In this document: positions 8,315 through 17,449 of the stretch, piece by piece
Numbering within the stretch: position 1 is the first letter of the stretch
Layout: every line of letters begins with the position of its first letter
Source: Candidatus Aenigmatarchaeota archaeon
GTDB lineage: Archaea > Aenigmatarchaeota > Aenigmatarchaeia > GW2011-AR5 > JACRAC01
Direction of reading: 5' to 3'
Assembly (NCBI GenBank): GCA_016219465.1
Contig: JACRMW010000021.1
Location: 1 to 39,235 of the forward strand
Length of the DNA: 39,235 nucleotides
Made by a program: the position numbers and the translations under genes
The notes under the pieces: generated by a model
What the model saw: only the letters and a program-made list of their open reading frames with translations
Told to the model about the DNA's origin: nothing
Databases searched by the model: none

Positions 8315-8575
8315 TTACTTAACTGCTTTCTGGAATTTCTTTCTAAGGCTGTCTATGTCCTCTGCTATCTGTTCAGATGCTTCTATCAATGATTTTTTTG
8401 CATCCTTGCTCTTTACAAGAAGAACAGGTTTTGAAAGATAGGGGTGTTCTTTGTTATAAGCAGAGTAGTTTACTTTCTTTTTCCATAAATTCTCGTGCAA
8501 AAGATTCACCAATGTCAGGTCATTAACTTCTAGCTCAACTTTCTCGCCTTCTTTCTTTAAAAGATTTACTTCCAT
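8315..8575 (-). CDS. rpoL: DNA-directed RNA polymerase subunit L (Rpb11 homologue)
   Basis: 86 aa. The pattern ELEV-x-DLTLVNLL...YSAYNKEHPYL...LLVKS matches the archaeal RpoL signature (HTLGNLL...Y...HPL). Confidence 0.65.
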   Translation of the reverse strand: MEVNLLKKEGEKVELEVNDLTLVNLLHENLWKKKVNYSAYNKEHPYLSKPVLLVKSKDAKKSLIEASEQIAEDIDSLRKKFQKAVK

Positions 8576-8598
8576 TTCTAAAACCTCTAGCTATATAA

Positions 8599-9474
8599 TC
8601 ACTCAAATGCCAAACCCAGATCGCTTTCATTGACCACAGCCATGCTGTCTAATATTCTTGGGCATGCAGTGTTTATAAAGCAATCTGCCTTTATACCAAG
8701 CAGTTTTTCGCTGGTTATCTCATCCATTATTATTATAAAAGCTTTTTTATTCCTTTTTTCAAGCATTTCTTTTATTCTTCTTGCCCGGGTTATTTCAGTT
8801 TGGCCTGGTTTTGATGAAACTAGAATTCCAAATATCTCAGCATCTTTTGCTTTTTCAATGGCAGCATATCTTCTTTTTTCAAACACCATTCTTTCCTTGG
8901 ATATATCCCTTAATTCGTTTTTTTCAATGTCCATTACATAGCTGCAGTTTGGCAGCGCATGGAAATTGCCAGATCCTATGAATAATATGCAGCTGTCATC
9001 TATATTAGAGCATCCTAGAACAGCACCAATTGTCTTTACTTTTTTGCCATTGTCTTCAAGCACTTTTTTAATCTCTGGCAGGGCATCCTCGTATTGGCAG
9101 CTTGATGCAATGGATAGTTCTCTTTCTTTTATGCTTTTCAATAGTGCTAAAATCTTTTTTCTGTCAAAAGAAATATCTATTTTCCATGGAAAATAAAGGA
9201 CTGGAAGGGTTGAATCAATATCCTTGACAAATTTTTTGTGGCCAATATGCACTATCAAATCAGCTCCAGCCTGTTCTGCTTCCCTGATTCTCAGGTCGCA
9301 TGCTCCATAGCATGGGTCGCCTAATATAATAGTTTCATATCCATTTTTTTCCAGCAGACCAGCTATTTCCAATGCTTTTGTCTTAAGCCCTTCTGGAACC
9401 TGCAGGGCTATTCTTTTCCTGGTTTGTCTGCCAAGTTTGTCCAACAGCAAATCAATATTTTTTTCAAGATTCAT
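8599..9474 (-). CDS. dph2: 2-(3-amino-3-carboxypropyl)histidine synthase (diphthamide biosynthesis, Dph2)
   Basis: RIALQVPEGLK near the N-terminus, and three conserved Cys contexts (GDPCYGACD, LGCSN, NTACPRI). Confidence 0.8.
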   Translation of the reverse strand: MNLEKNIDLLLDKLGRQTRKRIALQVPEGLKTKALEIAGLLEKNGYETIILGDPCYGACDLRIREAEQAGADLIVHIGHKKFVKDIDSTLPVLYFPWKIDISFDRKKILALLKSIKERELSIASSCQYEDALPEIKKVLEDNGKKVKTIGAVLGCSNIDDSCILFIGSGNFHALPNCSYVMDIEKNELRDISKERMVFEKRRYAAIEKAKDAEIFGILVSSKPGQTEITRARRIKEMLEKRNKKAFIIIMDEITSEKLLGIKADCFINTACPRILDSMAVVNESDLGLAFE

Positions 9475-9602
9475 TAGAATTAATCACTATTATAAAATTT
9501 AAAATCATGCTCTTATGGCAGTTGTCTTCCTAGAAGCATTGTCAATAACATCAAGCAACATTGAATTATCCATATCATCAACCTATAATTATTGGCAGAA
9601 AA

Positions 9603-9935
9603 TCATCCAACATAAGACTCTTGCTGCATGACCAGCGGAGGCTGTCTTTGCATGGCAGTTGCCTGCTTTCTTTTTTGGTGATGGTCTTTGTATTGTTTCC
9701 ATGTGCTTTTTGCTACTTCATCCCTGAGTATTTTGGTAACCCGTAATTTAGGAGTTGTGTAATCTACAAGGACAATATCATCTTTTCTTATGCCAGTCTC
9801 AAGCTTTTTGTCAACCATTACTGTCAGTGTGTTTTCATCCCACATATCCAGCATTGCCTGCACAGTGCTGTCAGATGCCTGCACTTTTTTGTGCTTTGGC
9901 GAAAACACTTCAATTACTTTTCCTGGATGAAACAT
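9603..9935 (-). CDS. hypothetical protein
   Basis: ORF with ATG (MFHPGKV) at 9935. Basic, Gln-rich tail. No motif recognised. Confidence 0.4.
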   Translation of the reverse strand: MFHPGKVIEVFSPKHKKVQASDSTVQAMLDMWDENTLTVMVDKKLETGIRKDDIVLVDYTTPKLRVTKILRDEVAKSTWKQYKDHHQKRKQATAMQRQPPLVMQQESYVG

Positions 9936-10006
9936 AATAATAATCACATTATAACTGTTCAGAAAACAGTTAATTTAAATAATAAAAGGATATTAAGGAT
10001 TTAAAG

Positions 10007-10044
10007 TCGTTCAATAAAAGAATCGTCGTTCAATAAAAGAATCA
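10007..10044. promoter_or_regulatory. perfect 19-nt tandem direct repeat in a divergent promoter region
   Basis: gtcgttcaataaaagaatc occurs twice (10007-10025, 10026-10044), between a minus-strand start at 9935 and a plus-strand start at 10055. Confidence 0.5.
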
Positions 10045-10054
10045 TTGTTATATT

Positions 10055-10582
10055 ATGAACAGCAATTCAGGTTATGGCGAGAAGATAGAAATAGAATTCA
10101 GGCGCATTCCTATTGATGTTCTCAGGAAACAAAACAGCAGGGAAATAAAAGATTTCTGTATTTATGTTATTGAAATAGCAGGATCTCTTGGCGCAAAAAA
10201 ATATACAAAATATTGCTGCAAAAGAGATGGTGATGAAAAGTGTCCTTTTGCAGTATATCAGCCAGTTCATTCATCAGGCACTGTTGTCACAAACAAAGAC
10301 AGAAGGCTTGAAGCTTTTCGCGCATATATATATTCTCCAGAGAAAATGAAGAAATGCCAGGATAATGATACTGCTGCATTGGCAATAAGAACACGATTAA
10401 GAAACGAGCCATTGAACAGCCGCATTTTTGTTGAAGATAGTGATGGCAGAATAAACCTATATCTGGCAGATGTTCTAAATTCTCCAAGAAGTGTAGCGCA
10501 TAGCTATTTTTCAAAATCGACTAAAACAGACGCTGGTAGAAAACTGAATTTTATGAGAGGAAGGACTAAACGAGGAATTTGA
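10055..10582 (+). CDS. hypothetical protein
   Basis: 175-aa ORF. The stop codon lies inside repeat atttgatacgtcata (also at 20126-20156). Confidence 0.4.
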   Translation: MNSNSGYGEKIEIEFRRIPIDVLRKQNSREIKDFCIYVIEIAGSLGAKKYTKYCCKRDGDEKCPFAVYQPVHSSGTVVTNKDRRLEAFRAYIYSPEKMKKCQDNDTAALAIRTRLRNEPLNSRIFVEDSDGRINLYLADVLNSPRSVAHSYFSKSTKTDAGRKLNFMRGRTKRGI

Positions 10583-10652
10583 TACGTCATATCATCAGTC
10601 TTTTCACAAAAGCTCTATTGAACTATTTATGTGAAGAAATGCAATATCTTTT

Positions 10653-11624
10653 ATGAACAAAGGATATTTGCCAATTCTAACTGCAGTACTTGTTTCTGTT
10701 CTGTTTATTGCGCTGTTATATGCAAATAGTTTCACAGGATATGCACCAGGCAATCCTGATGACAATGATGATGCAGCAAAAAATACAGCAGAATTAAATC
10801 CTGAATTGCCAGATAGTATACTGGAATGCTCTGACAGCGCAGGCAATGAAAAATGCGGAGGCTCTTGCTGGCTCAAGGACAATAACAAGCCAGCTGCCGG
10901 CAATTTCAAGGATGCAAAAGGCAGGATTGGCGCGCTTGACTGGAGTGGCAATTGCATGGAAATAGCTGCTTTTATTGATGATAAGCTTTGCTGCAATGAT
11001 TGTGACTGCGGTTCGGGCATATGTTATGAAGGAGAATGCGCAGAGCCAGAGCCTGTTCCTGTTGATGCCAAGATGCCTTTATTTACTGCAAATACAGAAC
11101 AGCAGAAAGCATCTTCAGATTTTGTAAAATATCTATATTCAATCAGGAGTTCTGTGAGAGGGACTCCAAATATGTGCGCTGAGTTTGTAATGTTGTTGAT
11201 GGATAGGTATTATAAAAACAAGGAAATACTTGGCATAAGCGGCAATGCATGGGACATGGCTGCAGCTATGATGAAAAAGAATACAATTATATGCCAATAT
11301 CCAAATTGCAAAGCAGACATGCTTCAGCCAGGTGATTTTGTATTTTTCAGAAATCCGCATGTACAGAACATGGGTTATTGGTCAGATATCAGGGCAAGCT
11401 GCAGCAATATAAGAGACAACTACAAATTATGCGATTATAGCAAAGGAAGCATAAGCATAGCAGGCTATCCAATATCAACCCATGTTGGAATATATGGAGG
11501 AGATAATTTTGTATTTGACCAATGGGGTTCTGCAACACATGGAACACTGTCATCCAGAACAAGCTGGGCAGGACATATCTCTCTTGCGATAAGGCCGAAT
11601 TATGCCAGCCTAACTAGAAAATAA
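10653..11624 (+). CDS. secreted/anchored Cys-rich protein with C-terminal NlpC/P60- or CHAP-like cysteine peptidase domain
   Basis: N-terminal TM helix. Putative nucleophile context NMCAEFV. PGDFVFFRN...STHVGIYGGDNFVFDQWG resembles the NlpC/P60 GDlvff...HVGIY signature. Confidence 0.6.
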   Translation: MNKGYLPILTAVLVSVLFIALLYANSFTGYAPGNPDDNDDAAKNTAELNPELPDSILECSDSAGNEKCGGSCWLKDNNKPAAGNFKDAKGRIGALDWSGNCMEIAAFIDDKLCCNDCDCGSGICYEGECAEPEPVPVDAKMPLFTANTEQQKASSDFVKYLYSIRSSVRGTPNMCAEFVMLLMDRYYKNKEILGISGNAWDMAAAMMKKNTIICQYPNCKADMLQPGDFVFFRNPHVQNMGYWSDIRASCSNIRDNYKLCDYSKGSISIAGYPISTHVGIYGGDNFVFDQWGSATHGTLSSRTSWAGHISLAIRPNYASLTRK

Positions 11625-11727
11625 GCCCTCTTATTCCATCACGCTTTTCCTTTGTCGCTTTTATTCGCTCTTCCAACTTTTGTTTGCGCATATTTACCAC
11701 TCCACATATTCTTCTAATTGATTAGTG

Positions 11728-11852
11728 AGGACTTGAATGACAGGTATTTTAGTCAAAGTCCTTATTGAGAACTTTCACATGGTGTACACAAAGACCTTTA
11801 GTCTTTGTGTACAGCGTGTAAAAAGACTTCAGAATACCTGAAGTCTTTTTAC
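11728..11852 (+). repeat. hairpin repeat family H6 (about 98 nt shared with 32959-33056) plus one extra 15-bp hairpin
   Basis: 13-bp stem tgtacacaaagac/gtctttgtgtaca (11783-11813); 15-bp stem gtaaaaagacttcag/ctgaagtctttttac (11818-11852). Confidence 0.9.
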
Positions 11853-11995
11853 AACTTACAGGGTTAATCAAAATTCTCTAGTGTTTAGTAATATCATATC
11901 AAAGATATGCATTTAAACACAAAGACTACAGCCAGCTAACATTTATATCAGACTGAACAATTAATATTTGTGATTATATTCATCTGGTCTTTATA

Positions 11996-13282
11996 ATGAA
12001 GCACTCAAGAAACGCAAAACTAGACAGAACACTGGGATTCTGGACATTGCTGTTCTGCGGCATAGGAGCTATACTAGGAGCTGGAATCTATGTATTATTG
12101 GGCAAGGCAGCTGGCATTGGAGGCAATGCTGTCTGGATGTCGTTTGGCATTGCTGCATTCCTGGCTATATTGACAGGTCTTAGCTATGCAGAGCTTGTTT
12201 CAATGTTTCCAAGATCAAGCGCAGAATATGGCTATACTAAAAGGGCATTTGGAAAAAGAATAGGATTTGTCATAGGATTATTGATAATATTGGCAAGCAT
12301 TGTCTCAGCAGCTGCAGTGGCAATAGGATTTGGCGGGTATTTCTCAGCATTGTTCAATATTCCTATAATACCGGCCGCTATTCTGCTCATAATACTATTA
12401 TCAGGAGTGCTGGTCTATGGCATAAAAGAGTCAGCAATATTAGCCATTCTCTTTACATTAATAGAGATAGCAGGCCTTCTCATAGTTATTGTGATTGGAT
12501 TTCCACAAATAGGCTCTGTAGATTATTTTGAAATACCCAGTTCCGGCTTTACAAGCATATTTGCAGCAGCAAGCCTGATATTCTTTGCCTATCTTGGATT
12601 TGAGGAAATGAGCAGGCTTGGCGAGGAGTCAAAAAATCCCAGGAAAACCCTTCCAAAGGCCTTGATAATATCTATTATAATATCAACAATATTATACATG
12701 CTTGTTGCTGTCACTGCAGTCAGTGTGGTAAGCTGGCAATCTCTTGCTGTGTCAAATGCGCCATTGGCAGATGTTGTTGCAACAGTTCTTGGCTCAAATG
12801 CATTTATGCTGATTGCTGTAATAGCCTTGTTTGCAACAGCAAACACAGTGCTATTCATAATGCTTGCCGGCTCTAGAATAATGTATGGAATGTCTTCTGA
12901 AAAAGTATTGCCAAAAAAGCTTTGCTGTCTGATCAAAACGAGAAAGACGCCGTTATATGCAATAATCCTGACCATGATATTTACAATAGGATTTACATTG
13001 ATTGGCAATCTGGAAACTGTAGCAAGCCTTACTGATTTTGCAGTATTTGCAGTATTCATGGCAGTTAATGCCACGTTAATAACATTGCGCTATAAAATGC
13101 CTGGGGCAAAAAGGCCTTTCAAGACACCATTGAATATAGGCAGATTTCCTGTTCTTCCATTGCTTGGCCTGATTGCATCGTTTTTCATGCTGTTGCATCT
13201 GGATATTGTTATAGTGTTTTATGGAATTGGATTAATACTTCTTTTCTTTGCTTCTCATGAGATATATGAAAGAGTTAGGTAA
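11996..13282 (+). CDS. amino acid permease (APC superfamily)
   Basis: About 12 predicted TM helices. N-terminal GAILGAGIYVLLG and SYAELVSMFPRSSAEYGY are typical of APC transporters. Confidence 0.85.
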   Translation: MKHSRNAKLDRTLGFWTLLFCGIGAILGAGIYVLLGKAAGIGGNAVWMSFGIAAFLAILTGLSYAELVSMFPRSSAEYGYTKRAFGKRIGFVIGLLIILASIVSAAAVAIGFGGYFSALFNIPIIPAAILLIILLSGVLVYGIKESAILAILFTLIEIAGLLIVIVIGFPQIGSVDYFEIPSSGFTSIFAAASLIFFAYLGFEEMSRLGEESKNPRKTLPKALIISIIISTILYMLVAVTAVSVVSWQSLAVSNAPLADVVATVLGSNAFMLIAVIALFATANTVLFIMLAGSRIMYGMSSEKVLPKKLCCLIKTRKTPLYAIILTMIFTIGFTLIGNLETVASLTDFAVFAVFMAVNATLITLRYKMPGAKRPFKTPLNIGRFPVLPLLGLIASFFMLLHLDIVIVFYGIGLILLFFASHEIYERVR

Positions 13283-13325
13283 ACATGGTTGATTCAAGGC
13301 ATGTCAGGATCAGAGGTGAATTACA

Positions 13326-14153
13326 ATGAAAAGAATATTTGTTGCTGGATTTGCAGTGATTTTATTATTCATAATAATCCAACAGCCTGCTCATGCTGAC
13401 GAGGATAAATGCAGGCAGTGGTTTAATGACGTTGTCAAGACTTCTATAAAGAATGCCGGTTTGGAATATTCTGAGAAATTAGGGGCTTTTACAGCAGCTA
13501 TTTTCCAGTGCGGCGAGAACGGCAAACAATCGTGGTGCAAGCTTCGTGAAAGGGCGGCAAACAAATGCTGGATAAATTCATATGTTGGCGCAGGAGGGGC
13601 AATGCAATTCATGCCAACGACATGGAGTGGCACAGGCATTCCAAGCTCTGCATGCATCAGACTGGCATCATCCTCAAGATTCAAGGATGTTGATTATATG
13701 TGCGGACCAAGACTTTCAAATTGCGCGCAAGAAGCATGGTCTGAGTGGGTAAATGAGCATGGATTTGATACTAAAGACATTCCGCCAAAAAATCTGGTGC
13801 TGAATTATTATTATAAAAAGCGGGCAGAACGAATTGAGAAAATAAAAAAGGATTTAGCGCCTTGTTTTAAGACAATGGCTGCTGGTGAAAGAAACTGGAA
13901 AAATGGCTATAGAACAGATGGAGATGGCGATGGAATAACAGACATAACAAATATCTATGACAGTTTTGCATCAGGAGCAGCATATCTGTCAGCAATACTT
14001 GCTTCAAATGATGATATTGCTTCTGCAGCAGGAGAATATAATGGAGGGCCAAATTGGCAGAATTTTGCAGAATCAAGAACATATTCAGCCAGAGTAACCG
14101 CTTGCTATAATGATTTTGTGAAAAATAGATTTTTTGTTGTAGATAAAGTATAG
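13326..14153 (+). CDS. secreted lytic transglycosylase (SLT)-like protein
   Basis: Signal peptide ending AHA-DE. GAGGAMQFMPTTW and EYNGGPNW resemble SLT motifs (GLMQ...T, AYNAG). Confidence 0.6.
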   Translation: MKRIFVAGFAVILLFIIIQQPAHADEDKCRQWFNDVVKTSIKNAGLEYSEKLGAFTAAIFQCGENGKQSWCKLRERAANKCWINSYVGAGGAMQFMPTTWSGTGIPSSACIRLASSSRFKDVDYMCGPRLSNCAQEAWSEWVNEHGFDTKDIPPKNLVLNYYYKKRAERIEKIKKDLAPCFKTMAAGERNWKNGYRTDGDGDGITDITNIYDSFASGAAYLSAILASNDDIASAAGEYNGGPNWQNFAESRTYSARVTACYNDFVKNRFFVVDKV

Positions 14154-14280
14154 ACTTTATCTTCATGGTGAATATAGACTTTATCTTCATGGTGAATATA
14201 TATTCAACTGAAGATTCAGGTCAGGTTTGCTGACCATGAATCTGCAACATTAGTGGACTTTCAAAGAAAGTCCACTTTCT
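14146..14280 (+). repeat. composite hairpin element family H1, copy A, with an internal 24-nt duplication
   Basis: tatagactttatcttcatggtgaa occurs twice (14149-14172, 14173-14196), followed by ggtcaggtttgctgacc and gtggactttcaaagaaagtccac. Confidence 0.9.
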
Positions 14281-14702
14281 TGTTGTAATTCATATTCAGG
14301 CAAGATTCCTTGATCTGCACAAGCGCTGAGGGCAGCTGAATTCTTATTTGACTGAAGAAATCGTGAATATTCTCCCTTGCTTACGTTGTCATCTCCTTTT
14401 TCAATCCCTTTTCCATAACAAATATCAATAAACTGCTTAAATCCTTTAAGATAGGTTTCATGAGTTTTCTTTCCTAACTCACTCCAGTCTTTTTTTATTC
14501 TTTTAATATCATCTTTCTTCATTTTCTCAAACTCTTCTTTATTCTTAGGACAACCGTTTTTCAGTTCGTCTTCAAACAATCTATATACTCTCCTGCCTTC
14601 TGGACCTAGTTGTTTTGCCATTTCATCTATACTGCCTGCATAACATGGGGTTGTTGTCATGGAAAACATAAGCGCGTATGGAGCAATTTCTCTTACTTTC
14701 AT
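14250..14702 (-). CDS. hypothetical secreted Lys/Glu-rich protein
   Basis: 150-aa ORF with a hydrophobic N-terminus. The last 9 codons are encoded by the H1 hairpin. Confidence 0.4.
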   Translation of the reverse strand: MKVREIAPYALMFSMTTTPCYAGSIDEMAKQLGPEGRRVYRLFEDELKNGCPKNKEEFEKMKKDDIKRIKKDWSELGKKTHETYLKGFKQFIDICYGKGIEKGDDNVSKGEYSRFLQSNKNSAALSACADQGILPEYELQQESGLSLKVH

Positions 14703-14863
14703 GTTTTATTCACCTAAGGTCAATGATAGTATATTACCCATGAGTAGTATATAAAGATTAATCTCGTGCCAGAAATACCGAAATCCATATAAACCCAGGA
14801 ATACTTGTTTTCAGTAGCATTGGCTATAGTTAGCTACTGCTATAACCAAGCAAAGTGATAATT

Positions 14864-15418
14864 ATGCCAGATTATGTTGCAATTCCGAGCGAGACCTTTC
14901 TCAGATATACTAAACACATACAAAACAAGGATATATTAGACTCAAAAGGAAGAAAGATCGGCAGGGTAAATGACCTTGTACTGGGAAATCTTGACGCAAA
15001 TCCTCATATAGAAGGAATTCTATCAGAAAAGACCTTTATTCCATGGTCATTGATAGCAGGATTTGGCGAATATGTCATGCTAAACAAGAGGCTGTTTGAG
15101 ATATCAGGACATGAGCTGGATGCAAGCAAGATATTGCTCTGCAAACAGCTGCTGGATGAACAATTGATAGATGAACAAGGCATGAATATAGGCAGGATTG
15201 ATGACATAGCATTGATGTATTCTAACAAGGAAAGAAATCTAAAAGTGTCTGGCATATGCACTGGCATTCAAATTAGAGTAGGGATACAAAAATATTATGA
15301 TATTATTCCATGGAAAAATGTCAGAGGATTTCAGCAAAGGCCGAGCGCGCTCATAGTAAAACCAGGCAGAGCGAGCTGTTCGCACACTTCAAAGGCATTG
15401 GTCTATCTCAGGGAGTAG
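14864..15418 (+). CDS. PRC-barrel domain protein (two PRC-like repeats)
   Basis: GRKIGRVNDLVL and GMNIGRIDDIAL resemble the PRC-barrel G-x-x-iG-x-v-x-D signature. ATG at 14864. Confidence 0.55.
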   Translation: MPDYVAIPSETFLRYTKHIQNKDILDSKGRKIGRVNDLVLGNLDANPHIEGILSEKTFIPWSLIAGFGEYVMLNKRLFEISGHELDASKILLCKQLLDEQLIDEQGMNIGRIDDIALMYSNKERNLKVSGICTGIQIRVGIQKYYDIIPWKNVRGFQQRPSALIVKPGRASCSHTSKALVYLRE

Positions 15419-15470
15419 TTATTTCTTTGCGTTCAGATTTGTATTAATATACAGATGATAAATTAAGATA

Positions 15471-17297
15471 ATGATATTTCCTTATCCAAGTCTGCGAGAG
15501 CAGCAGAAAGAACTTATCAATGATGTTAAAACTGCATTGGCAAGGGGGCAGAACCTTTTGGCAGATGCGCCAACAGGCCTTGGCAAGACAATAGCAGCTT
15601 TATACCCTTCTATTGAATATGCTCTTGAGAACAACAAAATAGTATTCTTCCTCACTGCAAGGCATAGCCAGCACAAGATGGCTGTAGAAACACTGCAAAA
15701 GATCAGACAGCACACTGACATAGGCGCTGTTGATATTATTGGAAAAAAATGGCTTTGTTCCTATGATGTTGATAAGATGGACAGCTCTATGTTTAATAAT
15801 TTCTGCAACGGCATGGTGAAGAATAAGAACTGCGCATTTCTAGCTGCCACAAGAGAATCTGTGAAGGAAAAAGAATTGAAAGAGAGTGCCAGAAAGGCGA
15901 TACAAGGGGTAAGAAAAGAAGTAATCCATTCAGAGGATTTCAAAGCAAGACACTGCAAGGAGTTTTGTTGTTATGAACTTCTTATGGAAGCTGCAAAGAA
16001 AAGCAATGTCATAATAGGGGATTATTTTCATATATTCTCGCCTATTGGAGAAGCATTTTTCAAGAAAATGGAAAAGGAGATAGAGGATTCCATTATCATA
16101 GTTGATGAAGCGCATAATCTTCCATCAAGAATACGGGACAGGCTCTCGTCAAAGATATCAATCAAGACAATACGATTTGCAATTGAAGAGGCAAAGGAAT
16201 TTGGGCATGATGATATTGTGGATTTATTGGAGAGGCTGCAGAATATTTTTGATTATCTTTCAAGGCACATGGCAGGAAACGAAGCATTTGTTTCAAAGCA
16301 AGATTTTCTGGATCATATAGAAAAGTATTCAGATGTTGAACAATTAACAGAGGATTTCTATAACATTGGCAAGGATGTTCTGAGAGAAAAGAAAAGATCT
16401 TCAATAGATCACATAGCGTCTTTTATTGAACAATGGTCAGGGCCTGACAATGGCTATGCAAGAATACTCTCAAAAGAAGGAAAGGATGTAGTGCTATATT
16501 ACAACTGCCTTGATCCGTCAATAATTTCAAGACCTAAAATAGAGAATAGCCATTCAACTATAATGATGTCTGGAACATTGCAGCCAATTGAGATGTTTGC
16601 AGATGTTCTTGGATTTGACCGAAGCAAGACGACAATGAAAAGATATTCCTCTCCTTTTCAAAAACAGAATAGGCTGGATATAATCATTGGCAATATCACA
16701 ACCTTGTATAAAGAAAGGAATGAAAAGACTTTCCAGGATATTGCAAACATGGTACGGTCGTGTTCACGAAATATCAGGGGAAATGCTGCTGTATTCTTCC
16801 CAAGTTATGATATACTTAAAAAAGTCTTTTATGAGATTGGCTCGCTGGAGAAACAGATAATTGTTGAAACCCAAGGCATGAGCAAGAAAGAAAAAATGGA
16901 ATTGTACGATGAATTTGCCTCTTATTCAGACAAAGGAGGAGCTGTTCTGTTTGCAGTGATGGCAGGCTCGTTCAGTGAAGGGATTGATCTTCCAGGCAAT
17001 CTGCTGAACGGAGTCATTATAGTCGGTATTCCTTTTGGACGGCCAGACAAGAACACAGAAGCGCTGATAGCTTATTACGATAGACTTTTCAAAAAAGGCA
17101 AGGAATATGGCTATGTCTATCCTGCAATGATAAAGGTCATACAGGCAGCAGGACGATGCATAAGGACTGAAAATGACAGGGGAGTATGTATATTTGCCGA
17201 CAAAAGATATCTGTGGAGCAGTTACAGGAGATTTTTGCCAGATGATATAAAAACAGCCAATAACACAGATTTTCTGATAAAGGATTTCTTTCAATAA
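15471..17297 (+). CDS. xpd: XPD/Rad3-family Fe-S DNA helicase
   Basis: ADAPTGLGKT (Walker A), VDEAHNL (DEAH box), four Cys between helicase motifs I and II (WLC, NFC, KNC, EFCC), and C-terminal QAAGRCIR. Confidence 0.85.
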   Translation: MIFPYPSLREQQKELINDVKTALARGQNLLADAPTGLGKTIAALYPSIEYALENNKIVFFLTARHSQHKMAVETLQKIRQHTDIGAVDIIGKKWLCSYDVDKMDSSMFNNFCNGMVKNKNCAFLAATRESVKEKELKESARKAIQGVRKEVIHSEDFKARHCKEFCCYELLMEAAKKSNVIIGDYFHIFSPIGEAFFKKMEKEIEDSIIIVDEAHNLPSRIRDRLSSKISIKTIRFAIEEAKEFGHDDIVDLLERLQNIFDYLSRHMAGNEAFVSKQDFLDHIEKYSDVEQLTEDFYNIGKDVLREKKRSSIDHIASFIEQWSGPDNGYARILSKEGKDVVLYYNCLDPSIISRPKIENSHSTIMMSGTLQPIEMFADVLGFDRSKTTMKRYSSPFQKQNRLDIIIGNITTLYKERNEKTFQDIANMVRSCSRNIRGNAAVFFPSYDILKKVFYEIGSLEKQIIVETQGMSKKEKMELYDEFASYSDKGGAVLFAVMAGSFSEGIDLPGNLLNGVIIVGIPFGRPDKNTEALIAYYDRLFKKGKEYGYVYPAMIKVIQAAGRCIRTENDRGVCIFADKRYLWSSYRRFLPDDIKTANNTDFLIKDFFQ

Positions 17298-17449
17298 TAG
17301 ATTTTTTGCACAATTTTGCAGTGTGAAACTAATTTCATACATATCCATATATGCTGTTTCAGACAGATATGATTAGTATGAGGTGAAAAATAGAAGATGA
17401 ATTCACTATTCATCTAATTTTTCTCTCATAGAATGATGAGGTGAAAAAT

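Noticed and set aside
10604-11020. 138-aa Ser/Leu/Pro-rich antisense ORF
   Set aside because: It is the shadow frame of the Cys-rich region of the NlpC/P60-like gene. It is low complexity and has no motif.
12589-13074. Antisense ORFs inside the permease gene, and similarly 17953..18456, 24679..25110, 26140..26826, 28156..29610, 30752..31324 and 33320..36501
   Set aside because: All lie opposite long genes that have clear family motifs. They are typical shadow ORFs.
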